From assembly GCA_009914755.4 (NCBI GenBank), contig CP068257.2, positions 12,224,001 to 12,288,000 of the forward strand: a DNA stretch of 64,000 nucleotides. The letters run 5' to 3'. Numbering within the stretch: the first letter of the stretch is position 1; each line of letters opens with the position of its first letter. The translations under genes and the position numbers were made by a program. This DNA comes from the human T2T-CHM13v2.0 reference genome, Homo sapiens. Positions 1-13,716 of this stretch are shown here, piece by piece. A model generated the notes under the pieces. That model was given only the letters and a program-made list of their open reading frames with translations, was not told the origin of the DNA and searched no databases.

Positions 1-3000
1 AGGGCTGCTGCAAAGGTTTCTGAAATGGCTTCAAGGCCTTTTCCCTATTGTCTTGGCTATTAGCACTGGGTTCCTTTTCATGCAAATTTCCGAAGCCTTC
101 CTCAGTTTTCCCCTGAAAATCAGATTTTCTTTTTGACCATTTGGCCAGGCTGCACATTTTTGAGTTCTGTTTCTCATTCAATATAAGAGTTGGGACTCAT
201 TTAATGTAAGACCCATCCAGATGTCATTTCCTCGGTCACACATAAGGGCACGGGCTGTTCGATACAGACAGGACACCCCTTGAGCTTTGCTGCCCAGAAG
301 TTTATTCCATCAGATACACAGTAAGTCATCACCCACAAGTTCAAAGTTTCACAGATCTCCAGGGCAGTGTCACTGTGCAGCCACGTTCTTTGCTACAGCA
401 AAACAAAAGGCACCTTGGCTCCTGTTTGCAGTAAGTTCCTCATTTTCATCTCACAGCCTCTCAATCTGATCCTTACTGTCTATTTTCCTGTGAGCCTTCT
501 GATCACAAGTATTCAACAATTCTTTACAAAGATCCAAACTTACCCTCATCTCCCTGTCTTTGAAGTCCTCCAAACTCTCCAGAACTCCATCTGCTACCCC
601 CTTCTGAACCTGCTTCTACATTATCAGCTATCTTTGTCATACCCTGGCAATGTGGTAAAGGAAGACAAGCCCATTTTCCGGGGAAAAATTCAAGGAGGTT
701 TCAGATACTTGAATAAAAAGAAGCTGAGTGCTGATTGCCAAGACATTAGAGAGAAGGCCTTGAAGACATTTAATAGATCCACTTTGCAGTAATAATTTTC
801 TCCATGATCATAAAGAAAAGAGGTTTAATAGGTTAATGATTCTGCAGGCTGTAAGGAAGCATAGTGGCTTCTGCATCTGACAGGACTCAGGAAGCCTCCC
901 AATCATACCAGAACGTCAAGGGGCAAGGAGATGTCTCATTTGGCAGAAGTAGGAGCAAGACAGAGAAAGGAAACAGGTGTCATGCCCCATTACACAAGCA
1001 GATCTCATGAGAACTCACTATCACAAGGTCAGCATCTAGAAAATGGTGCTTAAACATTGGTGAAGGATCCGCCCCACACACCCAACTCCCACTGTTTCCA
1101 GGCAGAAGCCTCCTTCAGATGCAGAGCCTCTTGGAAAACCTCTATTATGGAAGTGCAGAAGGAAAATATGGGCTTGAAGTCCCCACACAGGTGGCCACCA
1201 ACCTCCAGACCCCGGATTCATAGGCCCACCAACAACTCACGCCCTTAGTGTAGAAAAGCTACAGGCCCTCAATACCAGCCCACCCCACGAGAACAGCTGA
1301 GGGGCTAAAACCTGCAAAGCCACAGGTGCACTGCCCTAGTAGAGGTTTTCCACGAGGCTTTGCCTCTGCAGCAGGCTACTCCCCCTTCCTACTACCCCCC
1401 ACCCTCCCACCACCCTACTGCCAACCCACTCCTCCCAATCCTACCCATCCCTTTTACCTTCCACCGCCACCAACCCCCTGTCCATAATTAAGTCACCTAC
1501 TTCAACATTAGGGATTACAATTCCACATGAGTTTCATAGGGACACACAGGAAAACCATATAATTCTGACCCTGATATTCCAGAATCTCATGTCCTTATCA
1601 CAGAGCAAAATACAGTCATGACTTCTCAAAAGTTTGCAAAAGTCTTAACTCATTCCAAATGTAAAAAATTCAGTCTCATCTGAGACAAGGCCACAGTCCC
1701 TTCTGTCTATGAGTCCCTGAATTTAAAACGGAGTTCTTTTCTTTCAAGGTACAATGATGGTAGAGACATTGTGTAAGCTTTCTCAGTCCAAAGGGAAGAA
1801 ATTTCCCAGAAAAATAACACAAATGGGCCTACAGGCCCAATGCAAGTCCAAAACCCAGCGGGACAGTATTCACTCAGTCTCTCAGCTCCAAAATCATCAA
1901 GAGAACTCACTATCATGTGAACAGCATTAAGGAGAGTGTGTTTATCCATTTGTGAAACATCCGCCCCCCACCCTCATCTTTCACTCCCACCCACAAAAAA
2001 ATCTCTTCTATTCTCCCCACTCCCTTACCTCCAACCCCCATGCTTCTCCATGATTAAATCGCCTCCCACCAGGCCCCATTTTTAACATTCCCCATTATAA
2101 TTCCACATGATTTTGGTAGGGATGCAGAGCCAAATCATATTATTCTGACCCTGGCCCCCGTATCTCATGTTCTTCTCACACTGCAAAATACAATGATGCC
2201 TTCTCTACAGTTTCCCAATCTCTTAACTCATTCCAGCATTTACTGAAATGTCCAAAGCCCAAAGTCTCTTCTGAGACAAGGCTGCAGTCCCTTCTGCCCC
2301 TGAGCCTCTGAAATACAAAGCAAGTTAACTACTTCCAAGGTACAATGATTTTACAGGCATTGGATAAGTATTCCCAGTCAAAAGGAAAAAATTTGCCAGA
2401 AAGAAGCACAAAACACAGTTGAGACTTACAAACACCATGCAAGTCAAAAACCCAGCAGGATAGTCATTGAATCTTACAGCTCCAAATCATTTTTTTTTAA
2501 ATCCAGATCCCACATCCAGAGCACTAGGGTATGAGGCCTGGGCTCCAAAGGCCTTGGGCAGCTCTGCACCTGTGGCTTTGCAAGGTCTAACCTCCACAGT
2601 GGCTCTCATGGGCTGGGCTAGTGTTGAGTACCTGCAGCTTTTCCACAATGAGGGTGCAAGCTGGTAGAGAGTCTATGAATCTGGCATTTGCAGAATGGTG
2701 CTACCCTGTATGGGAGTTCCAACCCTATATGTTCCTTCTGTACTGCCCTACTAAAGGAGGCTCTGCCTCTTGGAAAATTTTGACCTGGACACCCAGGTTT
2801 TTCCATATGTACTCTGGAGTCTAGAAAAAGGATCCCCAGCCTCCAGTTTTGTTCTCTGCACACCTGCTGGCTTAACACTATGTGGAAGCCACCAAAGCCT
2901 GCAGCTTGTGCCCCCTGAAGCAGTGACCCAAGCTGTACATGTGCATCTTTCAGCCATGGCTGGAGCTGGAGCTTCAGGAATGCAGCCAGCAGTGTCCTGA

Positions 3001-6000
3001 GGATGGACACAAGAGTGGGGCCATGGTGCTGGAGAAGGAAACCATTCTTTTCTCCCAGGCCTCAGGGCCTGTGATAGCAAGGGCTGCTACAAAAGTCTCT
3101 GAAATGCCTTCATGGCCTTTTTAACACTGTATTGGCTATTAGCACTCAACTCCATTTTATGCAAATTTCTGAAGACTTCTTGAACTTTCTCACTGACAAT
3201 CAGCTTTTCTTTTTGACCACTTGGCCAGGCTGCAAATTTTCCAAACTTTTAAATATGTTTCACCATGAGGTCATTTCTTTGGTCACATATAGGACCACAG
3301 GCTGTTCGACACAGACAGGACACCTCTTAAGCTTTGCTGCATAAAATTTCCTTCCAACAGATACAATCTAAATTATCACCCTGATGTTCAAAATTTCACA
3401 GGTCTCCAGGTTAAGGACATCGTGCCGCAACGTTCTTTGCTAAGGAAAAAACAAAAGTGACCTTGCCTCCTGTTCCCAGCAAGCTCCTCATTTTCATGTG
3501 AGACCTTCTAAGCCTGGTGATCACTGTCCATCCTTCTGTCACCTTTTTAATTACAACTATTTGACAAGTCTCTACACTGATCCAAACTTTTCCTCATCTT
3601 CCTGTCTTCTTCCAAGACCTCTAAACTCTCCAACCTCTGGCCATTACACACTTCTTAACCTGCTTCTACATTTTCAGCTACATGTGTCACAGCCTGGCAA
3701 TGTGGTAAAAGAAGAAAAGTCCATTTCAGGAGAAAAATTAATGCAGGCTTCAGACATTTCCCTGAAAAGAAGCTGAGTGCTGATCACCAATACAACAAGG
3801 AAAAGGTCTTGAAGGCATTTCATAGCTCCACTTCACAGCACTAATTTTCTGTATAATCAGAAAGAAAAGAGGTTGAACTGGCTCATGGTTCTGCAAGCTT
3901 TAAATAAATCATAGAGGTTTCTGCTTCTGGGAGGACTCAGGAAGCCTCCCAATCATACCAGAAGACCAAGCAGCAATGGGATGTTTTATATGGCAGAAGT
4001 AGAAACAAGACAGAGAGAGGAAAAAGCTGCCACATGTTGTATAAACCTGTTATACAAGCAGATTTCCTGAGAACTCACTATCACAAGGTCAGCATCAAGA
4101 AGATGTTGCTTAAACACTGGTGAAAGATCTGCCCCCTACCACCCCTCCCCCCACTGTTTCCAGGCAGAAGCCTGAGGCAGAGGCAGAGCCACTAGGAAAA
4201 CCTCTACTAGGGCAGTGCAGAAAAAATATATGGGCTTGTAGGCCCCACACAGGAGGTTACCATCCTCCAGACCCAAGATTCATAGACCCACCAGCAGCTT
4301 GCACTCTCAGTATGGAAAAGCCACAGGCACTCAACACCAGCCCAGCCCATGGGAGCAAACACGGGGGCTAAAGCCTGCAAAGCCACAGGTGCACTGCCCT
4401 GGTATAGAGGTTTTCCATGAGGCTCTGCCTCTGCAGCAGGCTACTCCCCCTTTCTACTGCCCACCACCCTCTCACCACCCTACTGCCAGCCTATTTCTCC
4501 CCACCCTACACACTTGTTTCTCTTCCACCCCTACCACTCTGCCGTTTGTGGTTAAATCACATCCCACTAGGCCCCACCTACAACAGTCAGGAATACAATT
4601 CCCCATGAGTTTTTGTAGGGAAACACAGCCAAACCATATTATTCTGATCCTGACACCCCCACATCTCATATCCTTCTCACACAGAAAAATACAAACAGGC
4701 CTTTTCAAGAGTTTCCAAAAGTCTTAACTCACTCCAGCAGTAACTCAAATGTAGTAAGTTCAAATCTCAACCAACAGAAGGCTGCAATCTCTTCTGCCTA
4801 TGAGTCCCTGAATGTAAAAGACAATTCTTTTCTTTCAAGTTATAATGATGGCACAGGCACTGGGTAAGCTTTCTCAAACCAAAGGGAAGATTTTCCCAGA
4901 AAAAATAACACAATTGGTACACAGGCCCAATCCGAGTCCAAAACCCAGCAGGACAGCATTCATTTATCATGAGAACTCACTATCACACAGACTGCATTAA
5001 GGAGATAGTATTTAACCATTTGTGAAGGATTTGCCACCCATCCCCATGTTTTGCCCTCACCCACACCATGAACCTCCATTCTCCCACATCCCACATCCCC
5101 CTTCCAACCCCCATTCCCTACCATGATTAAATCACCTTCTACCAAGCCCCACATTTAACATTCCCCATTACAATTCCACATAAGTTTTGGTAGGGACACA
5201 GAGCCAAATCATATTATTCTTCCTTTGGCCCCCCCAATCTCATGTCTTTCTCATACTGCAAAATACAATGATGCATTCTCTACAGTCCCCCAATGTCTGA
5301 AATCATTCCAGCATTTACTCAAATGTCCATTTGTGAAGGATCCGCCCCCACCCCTGCCTTTCACCCCCAACCCCACCACAATCCCAACCCTCACCACCCC
5401 CCAATCCCCCACCTCCCCACCACCACAATCCCCCCAACCCTCCCCGTCCCACAATCGCCCCAACCCTCCCAACCATCCAACCTCCACTCTCCACCAGGAT
5501 TAAATCACCTTCCACCAGCCCCCACCTTTAACATTTCCCATTAAAATTCCACATGAGTTTTGGTAGAGACACAGAGCCAAAACATATTATTTTGTCCCTG
5601 GTCCCCCAAAGTTCATGTCTTTCTCACATTGCAAAATGCAATGATGCCTTCCCTAGAGTCCCCCAAGTCTTAACTCATCCCAACATTTACTCAAATATCC
5701 AAAGCCCAAAGTCTCTTCTGAGACAAGGCTGCCGGATCTTTTGCCCCGAGCCTCTGAAATACAAAGCAAGTTAACCACTTCCAAGGTGCAATGATTGTAC
5801 AGGCTTTGGGTAAGCATTCCCAGCCAAAAAGAAGAAATTTGCCAGAAAGAAGCACAAAACACAGATGGGACTTAAAACTCCCTGCAAGTCAAAAACCCAG
5901 CAGGCCAGTCATTCCATCATACAGCTCCAAATCATCTTTTTGGAATCTATGTCCACATCCAGAGCACAGGGTGGTGTGACAGCTGGGATCCCAAGGCCTT

Positions 6001-9000
6001 GGGCAGCTCTGCACCTGTGGCATTGCAGAATCTTTCCCCTACAGCTGCCCTCATTGGCTAGGCTGGTGTTGAGTGCCTGTAGCTTTTCAACACTAAGGGT
6101 GCAAGCAGTTGGTGGGTCTATGAAACTGGGGCCTGGAAAATTGTGCCCCCCTGTATGGGGACTCCAACCCTATACTCTCCTTGTGTACTGCCCCAGTAGA
6201 GGTTTACCATGATGCTCTGCCTCTTGGAAAAGCTTCTGGTTGGACAATCAGGCTTTCTGATACATGCTCTGGAGTCTAGATGAAGGCTCAGAAGCTTCTA
6301 GACCTTGCTTTGTGCACCTGCTGGCTTAACACCATGTGGAGGCCACCAAGTCTATGAGCTTGCATCCTCTGAAGCAGTGACACAAGCTGTACCTGTGCAT
6401 CTTTCATCCATGGCTGGAGCTGGAGATGGAGCTGCAGGGATGCAGGCAGCAGTGTCCTGAGGCTGCACACAGCAGTGGAGCCATGGGGCTGGCCCAGGAA
6501 ACCATCCTTTTCTCCTAGGCCCCAGGGCCAGTGACAGCAAGGGCTGCTACAAAAGTCTCTGAAATGCCTTCAAGGCCTTTTTCCCATTATCTTGAATTAT
6601 TAGCACTCGGCTCCTTTTTATGCAAATATCTGAAGCCTTCTTGACTTTCCCCCTGAAAATCAGCTTTTCTTTCTGACCACTTGTGGAGATTACAAATTTT
6701 CCATATGTTTAAGCTCTGCTTCTCATTTAAATATAAGTTCCAACTTATAGTCATTTCTTTGACCACACATAGGTGCACAGGGTGTTCAATGTAGGTAGGA
6801 GAACTCTTGAGCATTGTTGCTTAGAAGTTCATTCCACCAGATACACTCTAAATCATCACCCTCAAGTTCAGTTTCACAGATCTCCTGGGAAGGATCAATG
6901 TGTAGTCAATTACTTTGCTAAAGCAAAACAAAAAACCTTGGCTCCTGTTCCCAGTAAGTCCTTCATTTTCACCTGACATCTTGTAAGCCTGGCCTTCACT
7001 GTCCATCCTTATGTTAGCCTTTTAATCACAACTATTTAACAAGTCTCTGCAATGGTCCAAACTTTCCCTCATCTTCCTGTCTTCTTCCAAGCTCTCCGAA
7101 CTCTCTAACCTCTGGCCATTACCTAATTCAGAACCTGCTTCTACACTGTCAGCTATCTTTTTCGCAGCCTGGCAATGTGGTAAAAGAAGAAAAGACCATT
7201 ATCAGGGGGAAACATCAAGAAGGCCTCCAATATCTGCATTGAAAAAAGCTCAGTGCTAATAGCCAAGAGATTGGGGGAAAGGCCTAGAAGTCATTTCATA
7301 GCTTCACTTCACAGCATTAATTTTCTGTATCTACATAAAGAAAAGAGGCTTAGTTGACTCACAGTTCTTCAGGCTTTAAAGAAAGCACAGTGGTTTCTGC
7401 TTGTAGGAGGACTCAGGAAGCCTCCCAATCATACCAGAAGGCCAAGCGGCAATGAAATGTTTCATATGGCAGGAGTAGAAGCAAGACAGAGAGAGGAAAG
7501 AGGTGCAACATCCTCTTATACAACTAGATCTCATGAGAGCTCACTATCAGGAGATCAGCATCAAGAAGATGGTGCTTCACTGTTGGTGAAGGATCCGCCC
7601 ACCACCCCATATCCACCACCCACTGTTTCCAAGCAGAAGCCTGAGACAGAGGCAGATCCTCTTGGAAAACCTCTACTATGGCTGTTTAGAAGAAAACTAT
7701 GAGCTTGGAGCCCCCATGGAGGATACCACCATCCTCCAGACCCCAGACCCATAGATCCATCAACAGCTCACACCCCATGTACGGAAAAGCTACAGGCACT
7801 CAACACCAGCCCAGCCCATGAGAGCAGCTACAGGTGCTAAACCCTGCAAAGCCCCAGGTGCACTGCCTTAGTAGAGTTTTTCCATGAGCCTCTGCCTCTG
7901 TGGCAGGCTACTCCCATCCTGCTACACACCACCCTACAGCCATCCTACTCCTCCCCACTTTACCCACCTGTTTTTACGTCCAATCCAACCCCTCTCCCAT
8001 TCATGAATAAATCACCTCCCACAAGGCCCCACATGCAAAATTCGGGATTACAATTACATGTGAGTTTAGGTAGGGACACACAGCTAAACCATATTATTCT
8101 GACCCTGATCCCCCGAATATCATATCCTTCTCACAGAGTAAAATACAATCAGGCCTTTTCAAAAGTTGTCGAAAGTCTTAAGTCATTGCAGCATTAAGTC
8201 AAATGTAAAAAGTTCAACGTCTCACCTGAGAAAAGGCTACAGTCCCTTTTGCCTATAAGTTCCTGAATTTAAAAGGGATTTATTTTCTTTCAAGGTACAA
8301 AGATGGTACAGGCATTGGGTAAGTTTTCTCAATCCAAAGGGAAGAGGTTTGCCAGGAAAATAACACAAATTGGATCACAGGGCCAATGCAAGTCCAAAAC
8401 CCAGGAGACCACTATCCATTCAATCTCACTGCTCCAAAACCATCACGAGAACTCACCATCATGAAGAAAGGATTAAGGAGATGGTGTTTAACCGTTTGTG
8501 AAGGATCCTCCCCCACCCCCACTTTTCACCCCTCACCCCCACCATAATCCACCCATTCTCCCCAATCCCCACCTTCCAATACCCAGTGCCCTCCACGATT
8601 AAATCACCTTCTACCTGGCCCCACTTTTAACTTTTCTGATTACAATTCCATATGAGTTTCCATAGGGACACACAGCCAAATCTTATTATTCTGTCCCTGC
8701 CCCACAAATCTCACATCCTTCTCACTTTGCAAAATACAATGATGCCTTACTTACAATTCCCCAAGCTACTGTGCTTTTTTTTTACAGCCTGTAGAACCAT
8801 GAGTCAATTAAACCTTTTTGTTATGATCATACAGAAAATTAGTATTGTGAAGTGAAGCTATGAAATGCCTTCAATGACTATTCCCCATCATCTTGGTTAA
8901 GACCCCCAAGGTCTTAACCATTCTAGCATTTAGTCAAATGTCTGAAGCCCAAAGTCTCATCTGAGACAAAGATGCAGTCCCTTCTCCTCCTGAGCCTCTG

Positions 9001-9778
9001 AAATACAAAGCAAGTTAACTGCTTCCAAGGTATGATTGTCCAGACATTGAGTAAGAATTCCCAACCAAAAGGAAGATTTTTGCCAGAGAGAAGAACAAAA
9101 CACAAACGAGACTTACAGGTCCCATGAAAATCCAAAACCCAGCAGGCCAGTTATTCAAACCTACAGCTCCAAAGTCATCCTTTTTCAATCCTTGTCCCAT
9201 CTCCAGGGCACAAGGGTATGAGGGCTGGGTTCCCAAGGCCTTGGGCAGCTCTCTACCTGTGGCTTTGCAGTGTTCAGTCCCCACAGCTGCCCTCATGGGC
9301 TGTGCTGGTGTTGACTGACTGTAGTTTTTACCCACAGACAGTACAAAGTTCTTGGTGGGTCTATGAATCTGGGGTCTGCATGATGCTGGCCTCCATTGTG
9401 GGGGCTCCAAGCCCATATTTTCCTTCTGCACTGCCCTAGTAGAGGTTTCCCAGGAGGCTCTGCTTTTTGGCTCCTTCTGTCTGGACTCCCAGGTATTTTC
9501 ATACGTCTTCTGAAATCTATATGAAGGCTCCGAAGCCTCTGGGCTAGTGCTCTGTGCACTCGCGGGCTTAACACTATGTGGAAGCCATGAAGCCTTATAG
9601 CCTGTACCCTCTGAAGCAGTGATGCAATCTGTACCGGTGCATCTTTCAGCCAAGTTTGGAACAGGAGCCGGGGCTGCCAGGATGCAGGCAGCAGTGTCCT
9701 GAGGCTGCAAACAGCAGCAGGGTCATGGGGCTGGCCCAGGAAACCATTCTTCTCTCCTAGGCCCCAGGGCCTGTGACA

Positions 9779-12700
9779 GCAAGGGCTGCTGCAAACATCT
9801 CTGAAATGCCTCCAAGACTTTTTCCCCCATTGTCTTGGCTATTAGCACTGGCCTCCATTTTATGCAAGTTTCTGGAGCCTTCATGAATTTTCCCCCTGAA
9901 AATCAGCTTTTCTTTTTGACCACTTGGCCAGGCTGCGGATATTCCAAACTTTTGAGCTCTGCTTGTCATTTAAATATAAGTTCCAACTTGAGGTCATTTC
10001 CTCGGTCACACATAACCTCGGTCACACATGAAAGCACAGGCTGTTTGATGCAGACATGCCCCCACCCTTGTGCTATGCTGCCTAGAAATTTATTCCACCA
10101 GATATGCACTAAATCATCACCCTAGAGTTCAAAATTTCACAGATCTTGAGGGCAAGGTCGCCCTGCAGCCATGTTCTTTGCTACAGCAAAACAAAAGCTA
10201 ACCTTGGCTCCCGTTCCCAGTAAGATCCTCATTTTCATCTGAGACCTTGTAAGCCTGGCCTTCACTGTCCATCCTTCTGCCAGCCTTTTAATCACAACTA
10301 TTTAACAAGTGCCTACAATGGTCCAAACTTTCCTTCATCTCTCTGTCTTCTTTCAAGATCTCCAAACTCTCCAACCTCTGGCTGTTACCCACTTCCGAAC
10401 CTGCTTTACATTTTCAGCTATCTTTGTTGCAGCCTGGCAATGCAGAAGAAAAAGAAGTCCATTTTCAGGGGGAAACTTCAAGAAGCCTTCAGATATTTGC
10501 ATTAAAAAGAAGTCCAGTGCTAATAGCCAAGACGATGGGGAAATGTCATTGAAGATATTTCATAGCTCCACTTCGCAGTACTTTATTTTCTGTATGATCA
10601 TAATGAAAAGGGGTTTAATTGGCTCATGGTTCTGCAGGCTGTAAAGAAAGCATAGTGACTTCTGCTTCTGGGAGGACTCAGGAAGCCTCCCAATCATACC
10701 GGTAGGAAAACAGCAATGAAATATTTCATACAGCAGGAGTAGGAGCAAGGCTGAGAGAGGAAAGAGGTGCCACACCATCCTGTAACCAGATCTCATGAGA
10801 ACTCACTATCACTAGGTCAGCATCAAGAAGATGGTGCTTAACCATTGGTGAAGGATGCGCCCCCCAACACAGTTCCACCCCCTACCGTTCCAGACAGAAA
10901 CCTGCTGCAGAGGCAGAGGCTCTTGGAAATCCTGTACTATGGCAGTGCAGAAGGAAAATAAGGGCTTTGAGTGACTATGCAGGAGGCCTCCAGCCTCTAG
11001 ACCCCAGATTCATAGACATACCAACAGTTCACAACCTCAGTATGGAAAAGTGATAGGCACTCAACACCAGCCCAGCCCATGAGAGCAGCCATGGGGGCTG
11101 AAGCCTGCAAAGCCACAGGCGCACTGCCCTGGTAGAGGTTTTCCATGAGCCGCTGACTCTGCGGCAGGCTACTCCCCCTTCCTACTACCCACCACCCTCC
11201 CACCACCCTACAGCCAGCCTACTCTTCCCCACCCTACCCACCCCTTTTTTCTTCCACCCCTACCCCTCCCATGCATGATAAAATAATCTCACAGCAGGCC
11301 CCAACTCCAACATTTTGGATTACAATTCCACATGAGTTTTTCCAGGGGCACATAGCCAAATCATATTATGCTGACCTTGACCCCCCAAATCTCATGTCCT
11401 TCTCACAGAATAAAATACAATCGTGTCTTTTCAAAGTTTCCAAAAGCCTTAACTCATTCCCGCATTAACTCAAATGTAAAAAGTTCAAAGTCTCATCTGA
11501 GACAAGGCTACAATCTCTTCTGCCTATGAGTCCCTGAAGTTAAAAGGGTGTTCGTTTCTTTCAAGGTACAATGATGGTACAGGTATTGGGTAAGCTTTCT
11601 CAATCCAAAGGGAAGAAATTTCCAAGAAAAATAACACAAATGGGACCACAGGCCCAATGGACATCCAAAATCCCGCAGGTCAGTGTTCATTCAGTCTCAC
11701 AGCTCCAAAATCATGAAGAGAACTCACTATCAGAAGGACGGCATTAAGGAGATGGTGTTTAACAATTTGTGAAGGATGCACCCCCGTCCCTGCCTTACAC
11801 CCCCAACCCCACCATAATCCCCTCCAACCCTCCTCACCACCCAATCCCCCCCAACCCTCCCCAACCCCCAGCCATCCAACCTGCACTCTCCGTCATGAAT
11901 AAATCATCTTCCACCAGCCCCCACCTTTAACATTTCCCATTAACATTCCACAAGAGCTTTGGTAGAGACAGAGAGCCAAATCATATTACTCTGTCCTGGG
12001 TTGCCCAAAGTTCATGTCTTTCTCACATTGCAAAATGCAATGATGCCTTCCCTAGAGTCTCTCAAATCTTAACTCATTCCAGCATTTATTCAAGTGCCCA
12101 AAGCCCAGAGTCTTATCTGAGACAAGTCTACACTCCCTTCTGCCCATGAGCCACTGAATTATATATAAAGGAAGTTTACTACTTCCAAGGAGCAATCATT
12201 ACACAGGTGTTGGGTAAGCATTCCCAGCCAAAAGGAAAAAAATTGCCAGAAAGAAGCTCAAAACACAGATGGGACTTACAGACCCCATGCAAGTCAAAAA
12301 CCCAGCAGGCCAGTCATTGAATCCTACAGCTCCCAAATCATCTTTTGTGAATCTATACCCCACATCTGGAGCACAGGGGTGGATGGCTGTGCTCCCAAGA
12401 CCTTCAGCAGCTCAGCATCTCTGGCTGTGCAGGGTATATCCCCCACAGGTGCCCTCATGGGCTGGGTTGGTGTTGAGTGCCTTTGACTTTTCCACACTGA
12501 GGGTGCCAGCAGTTGGTGCATCTATGAATCTGGGGTCTGGAAAATGGTGCATTCCTGTGTGGGGGCCCCAACCCTATATGTTCCTTCTGTACTGCCCTAG
12601 TAAAGGTTTCCCATGAGGCTCAGCGTCTTGGAAAAGCTTCTGTCTCAACACCCAGGTTTTCCCGTACATACTCTGGAGTCTACACAAAGGCTCCCAAGCC

Positions 12701-12939
12701 TCTATTTTTGGCTCTGTGCACCTGCTGGCTTAGTACTATGTGGAAGCCACCAAGGTTTGAAGCTTGCACCCCTGAAGCAGTGATGCAAGCTGTACCTGTG
12801 CATCTTTGAGCCATGGCTGGAGCTGGAGCTGGGGCTGCAGGGATGCAGGCAGCAGTGTCCTGAGGATGGACACAGCAGCGTGACCATGGGACTGACCCAG
12901 GAAAGGATTCTTCAGTCCTAGAACTCAGGAACTGTGACA
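9779..12939. repeat. Representative array unit (copy 4) showing the internal mosaic. It has a ~1 kb leader, then an antisense MaLR-LTR-like segment A, then a second direct copy B about 900 bp further on. A third LTR-related segment C lies in the opposite orientation; it is annotated on the neighbouring unit at 5900-6300 and occupies the homologous position in this unit.
   Basis: The reverse complement of 'gattaaatcacctcccaccaggccccac...ttacaattccacatgagttt.ggtagggacacagagccaaa.catattat' matches the 5' end of the THE1/MST consensus 'tgatatggtttggctgtgtcccc...aattgtagctccc...ggtgggaggtaattgaatcatgg'. The sequence 'aaagaggtttaattggctcatggttctgcaggctg...ggaggactcaggaagcctcccaatcatac' matches the antisense MaLR LTR 3' end '...ggaggcctc...aatcatggcggaagg...aaacctctttcctttat'. 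Segment C is the reverse complement of A; for example 'tgcaaagccacaggtgcactgccc' pairs with the reverse complement of 'gggcagctctgcacctgtggctttgca'. Confidence 0.6.
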
Positions 12940-13689
12940 GCAAGCTCTGCTGCAAAGGTCTCTGAAATGACTTCAAGGCCTTTTAGACATTGTCTTAGCT
13001 ATTAGCACTGGGCTCCATTTTATGCAAATTTCGGAAGCCTTCTTGAATTTTCCCACTGAAAATCAGCTTTTCTTTTTGACCACATGGCCAGGCTGCAGAT
13101 TTTCCAAACTTTTAAGCCCTGCTTCTCATTTAAATATAAGTTTCAATTTGAGGTCATTTATTCAGTCACAGAGAAGACCACAGGCTGTTCAAAAGAGACA
13201 AGACACCTCTTGAGCTTTGCTGCCTACTTCATTTCACCAGATATACCCTAAATCATCACACTCAAGTTCAAAGTTTCAGAGGTCTCCAGGGCAGGGACAC
13301 CATCCAGCCAAGTTCTTTGCTAAGGCAAAACAAAAGTAACCTTGACTCCTGTTCCCAGTAAGTTGCTCATTTTCATCTGAGACCTTCTAAGCCTGGCCTT
13401 CACTGTCCATCCTTCAGTCACTCTTTTAATTATAGCTATGTAACAAGTCTCTATGGTCACCCTTTTAATTTAACACGTCTCTACAATACTCCAAATTTTC
13501 CCTCATCTTTCTGTCTTCTTCCAAGACCCCCAAACTGTGCAGCGTCCGGTGATTACCCACTTCTGAACCTACTTCTACATTTTCAGCCACCGTTGTGGCA
13601 GCCTGGCAATGTGGTGAAAGGAGAAAAGTCCATTTTCAGGGGGAAAATTCAAGAAGGCTTCATATATTTCCATATAAAAGAAGCCAAAT

Positions 13690-13716
13690 GCTAATGGTAA
13701 AAAAAAAAAGGGGGGG
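13690..13716. repeat. A(11)G(13) homopolymer junction inside array copy 5
   Basis: The sequence is 'aaaaaaaaaaaggggggggggggg'. Confidence 0.9.
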
